Shown: piece by piece, positions 57,541 through 64,000 of the stretch
Position numbering within the stretch: position 1 is the stretch's first letter
How the letters are laid out: the number at the start of each line of letters is the position of its first letter
DNA from: Candidatus Latescibacterota bacterium
Lineage (GTDB): Bacteria > Latescibacterota > UBA2968 > GCA-2709665
Reading direction: 5' to 3'
Length of the DNA stretch: 64,000 nt
NCBI GenBank assembly: GCA_965203805.1
Contig: OZ241917.1
Span: forward strand, 2,432,001-2,496,000
Position numbers and translations under genes: made by a program
The notes under the pieces: generated by a model
Databases searched by the model: none
What the model was told of the DNA's origin: nothing
What the model saw: only the letters and a program-made list of their open reading frames with translations

Positions 57541-60198
57541 TCAACCGGACGTGGATTCTTGGCCAAACGCTACGGCGAAGATAAGGAAATCGCTGAAGGC
57601 GATGTTGCCGTCAGCGTCGAGGTCGAACAGTGGATCGTATCCGGAGTCACCATAAGTTGTGCCGAACCGCGCGGCAAAGAGGACAAAGTCGCCAAAATCG
57701 ACGGTGCCATTGAGGTCGAAGTCCGGCGTGACGAAAACGACGGGGCCGTCGTCGGGGTCCGCCACCACGAACCTGACGATTTCGGTAAAGTCCGCATTAA
57801 ACCTGTTGTGCGCCTTGTCTTCGACAACCATTTCTGCGAGGCCCCATGTTCCTGGTATACTGCCAACGGGTAGGGTGATAAGGTGGTTGTACGTGACGAA
57901 GACGGCCGGGTCGCGAGTGAAGTAGGTTTTCCCAACGTCTTTATCGTAATGCCGGTAGAAGTGCTCGCCACCGTTGGGGTCGCGCAACATCATTTCAGTC
58001 TCTTCGTAGCCGCTGATATCGTCTTTGATTCGGAACGTGATATAAACGCGGGTCTCGCCGTTCGGCGCCTTAGGGTTGGTGGGCGTCGCACGGATGGTGA
58101 CGGCGTTGACGTCAAGGACCGGCGGTGTCAGATCCGGCCGTCTGGTTTTGACATCGACCGTCGCTGGCGCCTCGTCCACAACAACGTCTTCTTTCCGGAT
58201 ACCGTGAGGCGGTTGCGTGAAATAGACGCCTCGGGTGTTGAGTGCAACATCTCTCATGACTATATAGTTGAGTGAATAGACACCGCTGGAAAAGTAGTCA
58301 GGGATCTTTAACGTGGAGACAGCCTCTCCGGTTTCCGGATCGACGTCGCCAGGGTCGGACCAATAGGCGTAAGTATCCGGATTGTCATCGTTGACGGCGT
58401 ACCAGACGCCTCGCTCGGTCATCCCTACCTCTTCAAAGACGTGCCATCGCGCAGTCAGTACCTGGAATGGCCGTTGTTCCTCTCGGTTTTCCGACAGCGC
58501 CAGCCGCATCGAGTTTCTGACATATACCGGCGGATCATCATCACTGAGGGGATTGTCGAGGTACAGCTTCCACCCGAAATCTGTCTGCGCCTCGTGTCGC
58601 TCGTTTCCGTGGGCATCTGTCAGTGTGATCTGATCCGGACTCCAGTAGCCGTGCGCAGAATGTTTCGATAGTGTGTGCTGTCCGCGCAGGACAAGTCCGC
58701 CGCGGGCGACGGGTGATAGCCAGATATCAAAGAAGGTGTTTTTTGTGCTGAACACCCTGACGGAGGTTCCACGACCACCGGCCCTTTCGCTTTCGCCGTG
58801 GGTCTCGATCTCGATCGTTACGGTCTTGTCTTCCTGCGGCGTGCCCCGCACCTCAATTTCGACGCGTACGATCTTACCTGGATAAACGACATCCGGATAG
58901 AGATTATAGACCTGGAATGTCAGGTCCTCACGGATCCGGGAAAGATAGCGCGTGCCGTGCATGACCCTGTCCTGGATGAACGTGTATTTGGCAGGAGAAC
59001 GCGATCGCAGTTTGTCTGGATTAACAATGTAATAGGCGATGCTTTCGGCCATGTCCTCGTTCGGGTTTTTTCTATGAGAATAGGCAGACACGAATTCCGT
59101 GTGCTTTGTCGTGGACCATCCGTCGGTATCATCTGCGTTTTCGTACCATCCTCCCAGCGCAATCCAGTCCTGTTTCAGCCGGTCATCGAAGAGATGGTGC
59201 CACAAGAAATGGGCTTTCTCGTGGACGATAAGGCGGGACAGGTGTGCAGGACCCGTCGTGGCAAACGCTTGTTCCATAAACTCGATATAGCCTTCAGTGG
59301 TATAGGCGATGGCGGGCGCTTGTGGATTCCACGGGTTGGGGGTGCCGTCGAGTCGCCGCACCAGGTACTTGAGTCCCGGCGTGATATGCATGCCTTGAGG
59401 ATGTTCCTCAAGCATCGCGGCGATGGCCATCAACTCTTCATTCTTGAACGGCATGAATCGGCTCGCACCCTCCTTTGTAGTTGATTTAGTAAGATCCTCA
59501 TAACTGGGGATGTTGAGGGTGATGCCGAATCGCTTTTCAAAGATATGCTCAAGCGCCTGCCTGTCGGCGCCGCCACTGGTGACAAAGTGAACGACGGCGT
59601 GGTGTAACCGTTTTGAGTAATAGTGACCAACGATGCCGTCGATCGTTGCCAGCAGCGGCTGGGAATTGTCTAAAGCCTCTGCGGCCAAGGTGACATGGGT
59701 ATGCCCTTCGACGACGCGTATCTCGACGTCGTTGTGTATGTGCTGTTGCGACAAAGTCCAGAATGACGGCGCTACGTTGTCTCCAAGGCCGTAAGGGTTG
59801 TTGACGGGCTGTGGAATGGTCTCGAAAATTCGCAGCAGCTGGAATGCTTCTACAGCGCTCCACTCGGTGCTGAGATGTACCGAATATTTCTGCTTCAGTT
59901 GCAGCGCCGCACTATGCGGCGCCGTTTCAACGACAGTGTCCATCAGAAGCACCCGCACCGGCTTGTTCATATTCGCGCGCTCGACGCCTTCCCGCGTCTC
60001 GTCCATCTCCCATCTGTAGGTAAAAGTCGCTGCGTGTACCACCTGCACATAGAGCAGGACAGACATCGCAAAGCACACTAGGACCGGACGAGCCGGTAGT
60101 CCTCGTATTTCTGAAGATCCGAGTCCGCGGACAGCGTTTGTGATCGCATCACAGGCCTCGATTACATCAGACAGGTATGCTCTCGCGTCACGGGGCAT
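57541..60198 (-). CDS. Secreted-type zinc metallopeptidase-like protein with C-terminal dockerin-like tail, fused in frame behind a HepT N-terminal fragment
   Basis: IVHEKAHF plus FVSAYS..NPNEDMAES motifs; signal-like VLVCFAMSVLLYVQVVHA; dockerin-like repeat at 57544-57726; more AT-rich codons than the flanks. Confidence 0.75.
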   Translation of the reverse strand: MPRDARAYLSDVIEACDAITNAVRGLGSSEIRGLPARPVLVCFAMSVLLYVQVVHAATFTYRWEMDETREGVERANMNKPVRVLLMDTVVETAPHSAALQLKQKYSVHLSTEWSAVEAFQLLRIFETIPQPVNNPYGLGDNVAPSFWTLSQQHIHNDVEIRVVEGHTHVTLAAEALDNSQPLLATIDGIVGHYYSKRLHHAVVHFVTSGGADRQALEHIFEKRFGITLNIPSYEDLTKSTTKEGASRFMPFKNEELMAIAAMLEEHPQGMHITPGLKYLVRRLDGTPNPWNPQAPAIAYTTEGYIEFMEQAFATTGPAHLSRLIVHEKAHFLWHHLFDDRLKQDWIALGGWYENADDTDGWSTTKHTEFVSAYSHRKNPNEDMAESIAYYIVNPDKLRSRSPAKYTFIQDRVMHGTRYLSRIREDLTFQVYNLYPDVVYPGKIVRVEIEVRGTPQEDKTVTIEIETHGESERAGGRGTSVRVFSTKNTFFDIWLSPVARGGLVLRGQHTLSKHSAHGYWSPDQITLTDAHGNERHEAQTDFGWKLYLDNPLSDDDPPVYVRNSMRLALSENREEQRPFQVLTARWHVFEEVGMTERGVWYAVNDDNPDTYAYWSDPGDVDPETGEAVSTLKIPDYFSSGVYSLNYIVMRDVALNTRGVYFTQPPHGIRKEDVVVDEAPATVDVKTRRPDLTPPVLDVNAVTIRATPTNPKAPNGETRVYITFRIKDDISGYEETEMMLRDPNGGEHFYRHYDKDVGKTYFTRDPAVFVTYNHLITLPVGSIPGTWGLAEMVVEDKAHNRFNADFTEIVRFVVADPDDGPVVFVTPDFDLNGTVDFGDFVLFAARFGTTYGDSGYDPLFDLDADGNIAFSDFLIFAVAFGQESTSG
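60121..60198 (-). pseudogene. Truncated HepT/DUF86 (HEPN) toxin N-terminus
   Basis: MPRDARAYLSDVIEACDAI..VRGL overlaps the MNT stop. The downstream ER..IIGEA and RNxxxH motifs are absent. Confidence 0.7.
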
Positions 60199-60496
60199 AC
60201 AGTAACTCTTTGGTCTGCTCGATTTCACTTGCGATATATCGGTTCTTTACGGCGCCTGAAACCACCAGGTCCACTTTCTCCTTCAATATGGATCTCAGCG
60301 CTTCCAGCAGGCCGAAGTAGGCATCGACCCGGGCATAGGGTTCCATGGGACCGAATTCGACCAGGAGATCCACGTCGCTGCGTCCGGGCTGGAACTCATC
60401 GCGCAACGCCGATCCAAATGCGTCCAGCCGGGCAACGCCAAATCGTCTGCAAGCTGTCGATATCGCGTCCAGCTTTGTTTCAAGTAACTCAATCAT
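60188..60496 (-). CDS. Minimal nucleotidyltransferase (MntA-type antitoxin)
   Basis: FGSALR..SDVDLLVEF, KVDLV and NRYI motifs. Confidence 0.9.
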   Translation of the reverse strand: MIELLETKLDAISTACRRFGVARLDAFGSALRDEFQPGRSDVDLLVEFGPMEPYARVDAYFGLLEALRSILKEKVDLVVSGAVKNRYIASEIEQTKELLYAP

Positions 60497-60654
60497 CGAT
60501 ATCCCTGCTACAATCAGGTATGCGAACCCCGGAGAGCCGCCCCATTACGGCACGCTGACGGGCACCAAAAAACAAATCGCGGCATCGGCGAGAGTCGGAA
60601 GACCGCAAAACACAAACAGGACATTTGCCTACTTCAGCACCGGAATTGGCATGT

Positions 60655-61047
60655 TCACTTCAGCGCGTTCACATGTGCATAATTGAGAATCTTCTCATCC
60701 GACGTCAACAGTTGACAGTTGTGAATTCTCGCCGTTGCGACGATAATCTGATCAGCAGGGTCGTTATGGAACTCGCCTGCCAATCGCGTCGACTCTATTG
60801 CAATTTGCGGCGTCAGATCGAGGAATCTAATTCCAGGATATGAAAGTGCCTGTTCCATCCACTCGTCAACGGTGATGGGCAAATTGAGCCGCTTGTATTC
60901 GACCAGTTTCGCAACTTCCCAACATGAAATCGCACACACCCCAAGACCTTGGGACTCATACTGTTCCAACCAAGATACTTGCAAGGTGGTTAGGCGAGCG
61001 TCTCCGTGAACCCACCAGACCCAGATGTGCGTATCAAGCACAATCAT
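60655..61047 (-). CDS. vapC: VapC/PIN-domain toxin
   Basis: IVLDTHIWVW, ISCWEVAKL, HNDPADQIIVATA and LLTSDEKI motifs. Confidence 0.92.
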   Translation of the reverse strand: MIVLDTHIWVWWVHGDARLTTLQVSWLEQYESQGLGVCAISCWEVAKLVEYKRLNLPITVDEWMEQALSYPGIRFLDLTPQIAIESTRLAGEFHNDPADQIIVATARIHNCQLLTSDEKILNYAHVNALK

Positions 61048-61259
61048 CGCGATATGCCCCAGGCACCACTGGCTACGGGCTCAGTAGGATCGATGTATTT
61101 GATCGGAGTGTCACGCAACGGATAGCGGTCTTTCTCGTTGCATTTCGACGTGCAATGAGATACAGTGACTACAACCGCCTCTCCTGCCTGGAAAGGCAAA
61201 TCCTCCAAAACAACCTTTCTGTCCTGACCTACAACCGTTTCAACGCGATGGGCATTCAT
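61044..61259 (-). CDS. Putative antitoxin paired with VapC
   Basis: GGAGG RBS; ATGA overlap with vapC; LEDLPFQAGEAV and YPLR..YIDPTEPVA motifs. Confidence 0.7.
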   Translation of the reverse strand: MNAHRVETVVGQDRKVVLEDLPFQAGEAVVVTVSHCTSKCNEKDRYPLRDTPIKYIDPTEPVASGAWGISR

Positions 61260-61481
61260 TTCTCTCGCCTCCAAATCCTGGCGTCAACGCTGAGGGAAAG
61301 ATAAAGCTCGGTCGGCAGTTACAATGCTGGACCACAATTGATTCCACGGAAATGCGCAACTCCTGTCGTTGTCTTTCCTATGGATTCTTCCTTGGCGGAG
61401 GCGGAACATAGAGTTACATCACGGAGAAAGGTAATCGGACGCTTATCCGGAATACCCGACTCCGCGCAATTGCGCTTTTGA

Positions 61482-61769
61482 TTACGCTGCCTGAGGTTTG
61501 ACGTAGATTTCGACCTGCATCCCAGCCTTCGCCAGCATGTTGATCAGTTTATCCACACTAAAGCGACCAACCTCTCCCGCCAACAAGTTGCTGATGCGCG
61601 GTTGGGACTCGCCAAAAAACGCAGCAGCCTCCCGTTGGGTCCAACCATTGACTTCGATGTACTTTCTCAGATCCAGCATTAAATCAGCCCGAACCTTCAA
61701 GTTCGCAGCTTCTGCGCGATCAAAACCGATGTCTTCGAATACGTTCTCGCCGCCCTGGACTCCTTCCAT
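61482..61769 (-). CDS. XRE-family HTH protein (HigA-like antitoxin), orphan
   Basis: NVFEDIGF, WTQREAA..SQPRISNL and FSVDKLINML motifs. Confidence 0.88.
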   Translation of the reverse strand: MEGVQGGENVFEDIGFDRAEAANLKVRADLMLDLRKYIEVNGWTQREAAAFFGESQPRISNLLAGEVGRFSVDKLINMLAKAGMQVEIYVKPQAA

Positions 61770-61821
61770 AGCGTTTGTCCTAAACTTCCGACAGGCTATG
61801 TCGAATAGATTTTACAATACA

Positions 61822-61885
61822 CAGGATTGAGAACTCTCTTGATTCCACTGGGATTTTATCCTGCCCATCCTGTCCATCCATGTTT
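61822..61885. repeat. Short 9-bp-period repeat/hairpin at the island boundary
   Basis: ATCCTGCCC-ATCCTGTCC-ATCCATG with a complementary ACAGGAT upstream. Confidence 0.5.
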
Positions 61886-61909
61886 CTTCCGATTATTTAA
61901 CCCAATGGA

Positions 61910-63052
61910 CTAAATTTTAATCTCCCAGAGATACCCGCTGCGGTAGGGGCTGTCGTTCTCGCCCGCGTAGATCGTCCCGTCCGGCGTGACGGCCACGTCG
62001 TGCACCTGCCAGCAGTGGGCGTCGCCGTCCGACACCGGACCCAGCAGGTCCCACGACTCCGCATCGGGGTCGAAACGGATCACCTCGCACTTCCCGTCCC
62101 GTCCGGTCACGCCGTACGCGCCTCCGTCGGGTCCCGTTTGCAGCGTCGTCAGCCGGCTGCGCCGGTCGGATACGGGGGTACCCAGGTACGTGCCCATCCC
62201 GGTCTCCGTATCGATCCGGTAAATCGACCCGTTGGCGCCGCTGGCGAACATGCGGCCTTCGCCCAGGTTGAAGATCCCCTCCACTCTCTCGTAACCGTAC
62301 GTCCCGTCGGGCTTCGGCAGACCCGCGTCGAAATACTCGATCCTGTCGGTCTCCGGGTCGAACTTGCACAACCGGTTGCGGTCCACCCCCGCGAAATTCT
62401 GCCAGGCCCGCGTGACGCTCCAGCCGCACCACACGCAGCCGTCGTCATCCAGTTCCAGGTTCTCGCCCTGCGCCATCTCCATCCCGCTGCTGATCGGCCC
62501 CAGGTCGTCGGAACGGCCGTCGGCGAGATTGAACCTGAACATCCGCTCCGGCGTAAACGTCATTCCATAGATCACGCCGCGTTCCTGGTCCAGACAGATC
62601 GACTGTATGTACATGTGCGGCATGGGAATGCCGATTTTCCGGAGTTCTCCGCTCGACGGATCGTACTTCACAATCGCGCCGCCAGGCGCTTCCCAGTACT
62701 TGTCGATATCGTGAAGAAGCGCGATTGCGCCGTAGAGACACCCGTCGTTCTCCCACCTGACGAGCGACCGGTGGAACTTGGCATCGAACGGGTCCGCGAT
62801 TCTGCCGTAACCCAGATCCACAAACTCGCCGCCGGCCCTGTCGTAGGCGCGGAAGATGTCGGCGTCGAAGGACGTGATTCCCAGGTAGATGCGGTCGTCA
62901 TCCGCATTGTGATACACGCTGTCCATACTGATCCATCCCTCGCGCCAGGCCGCATCCGCCCTGAAATCGTTGTATTCCCAGTGGTCTTCGATCTCATGGT
63001 CCCACTGGTCTCCGTAGTCCACGTCCCGCAACTTGAGCGCCTTGACCTCCAT
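61910..63052 (-). CDS. Hypothetical beta-propeller protein
   Basis: ATG 63052 with GGAG RBS; repeated YDP/FDP..DLG blades, TPDGTIYAGE; no signal peptide. Confidence 0.7.
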   Translation of the reverse strand: MEVKALKLRDVDYGDQWDHEIEDHWEYNDFRADAAWREGWISMDSVYHNADDDRIYLGITSFDADIFRAYDRAGGEFVDLGYGRIADPFDAKFHRSLVRWENDGCLYGAIALLHDIDKYWEAPGGAIVKYDPSSGELRKIGIPMPHMYIQSICLDQERGVIYGMTFTPERMFRFNLADGRSDDLGPISSGMEMAQGENLELDDDGCVWCGWSVTRAWQNFAGVDRNRLCKFDPETDRIEYFDAGLPKPDGTYGYERVEGIFNLGEGRMFASGANGSIYRIDTETGMGTYLGTPVSDRRSRLTTLQTGPDGGAYGVTGRDGKCEVIRFDPDAESWDLLGPVSDGDAHCWQVHDVAVTPDGTIYAGENDSPYRSGYLWEIKI

Positions 63053-63114
63053 CTGATTCTCCTTTCCTGTTCCTGGTGGCAATCCGACGGGGATCGATCC
63101 CTCGCCGGCTGCAA

Positions 63115-63999
63115 CTATACCGCGTCGCTGATCTTGTTCAACGCCCTGAAGAATTCGTCGAATACCTCGACGATGGCCGCGGCTATCTCGTGTTCTTTTC
63201 CCTCTTCCCACTCATCCGGAGTCAACCGGGCGAACGCCTTCGTGCCCTCCACCTCCGACGGAGACAGCAGATCTCCCTTCAGTTCGTCCAGAATCGTCAC
63301 CGGATCCTCAACCGTCTCACCGGTCCTGATCTTCCAGAACGTACGGAACGGCATCCGGAAGAAACTGTTGCCGATTCGCCCCAGCTCATTCTGTATCAGC
63401 CAGGTGGTATCGAAGTGGGCCGGCGCGTTGCCGTAAAAGTGCAGGCGCCCCTTCATCAGGCGGGAAAACTTGGCATTGTCGAAAATCACCAGCGCCGGGT
63501 CCACCGGAACGTCCTGAAGCGCCGCTCTCCAGGCGCCGATGTCCGTACCCGCCTTATCGGTAATCAGCGTCACCGAATCCCTCAGCCGCTCCAGTATCAC
63601 GCCCAGCGCCTCCTCCAGCACGTCTTCCAGTTGCGACAGGCGCGGCTCTTCGTACCACGTCGGGATCTCGTAATGCGCGTGCAGGACCTCCCGGATCTGC
63701 TCCCAGCACCGCAATTCGGGGAAATGCCGTTGGGCGATCTCGTACGCATCCAGCTTGCCGCAGATATTCTGTCTTTCCAGTATGCAGACGGCCGAATGGA
63801 CCGGAGGATTGAAATAGTGCATAATCCGGCTGTGCAGGGGATACTTGTTTTCGTGAACGCCAAGGTTGATCGCGGGATCGATCGTACGGTTGTAGCGCCC
63901 GTAATACAGGCAGAATTTCTTCAGGTGAAAGTATTCGTCCTTTTCGTCCCACGGCCTCCGGGCAAGCGTGTCCAGAGCCGCGCCGAGACTCTTCTGATC
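63115..63999 (-). CDS. Hypothetical protein, 5' end beyond the window
   Basis: The frame of ORF 63115-63822 stays open to the right edge (..KDEYFHLKKFCLYYGRYNRT..). Confidence 0.7.
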   Translation of the reverse strand, partial: DQKSLGAALDTLARRPWDEKDEYFHLKKFCLYYGRYNRTIDPAINLGVHENKYPLHSRIMHYFNPPVHSAVCILERQNICGKLDAYEIAQRHFPELRCWEQIREVLHAHYEIPTWYEEPRLSQLEDVLEEALGVILERLRDSVTLITDKAGTDIGAWRAALQDVPVDPALVIFDNAKFSRLMKGRLHFYGNAPAHFDTTWLIQNELGRIGNSFFRMPFRTFWKIRTGETVEDPVTILDELKGDLLSPSEVEGTKAFARLTPDEWEEGKEHEIAAAIVEVFDEFFRALNKISDAV

Positions 64000-64000
64000 C

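Noticed and set aside
61770-61909. HigB/RelE toxin upstream of the HigA-like gene
   Set aside because: Only ~140 nt, partly repeat sequence, with no suitable ORF.

Overview
A GC-rich, densely coding 64-kb bacterial window. The gene repertoire suggests the FCB superphylum, possibly Latescibacterota- or Gemmatimonadota-like (inference only): a C25 peptidase with a T9SS-type C-terminal domain, a short Bacteroidota-style sigma70, DUF2723 and dockerin-like tails. Main blocks: (1) 1-8.3 kb: repeat-rich intergenic DNA, secreted proteins, enolase, a TPR lipoprotein and an Nramp transporter. (2) 8.3-28 kb: a minus-strand surface-glycan cluster (Wzi-like, O-antigen ligase-like, GT2, DegT aminotransferase, WecA, Wzx, sulfotransferase, two GT4, an epimerase, a GT-C) ending in a 1930-aa PorU-like C25 peptidase. 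(3) 28.3-38 kb: a divergently transcribed bacterial microcompartment (BMC) locus (PduL, two BMC-H, three BMC-P, acylating aldehyde dehydrogenase, class II aldolase, acetate kinase). It has unusual inserts and an extended BMC-H behind a structured leader. (4) 38-49.6 kb: envelope and housekeeping genes (HtrA, sigma70, DUF2723, rhomboid, M23, PPIase). (5) 49.7-57.5 kb: carbohydrate-catabolic genes (heparinase II/III-like, AraD1/GguC, amidohydrolases, deacetylase-like). (6) 57.5-61.9 kb: a lower-GC island with toxin-antitoxin modules, where a truncated HepT N-terminus is fused in frame to a dockerin-tailed metallopeptidase. No rRNA, tRNA or CRISPR array was recognised. All calls come from motif recognition by eye, with no database searches.
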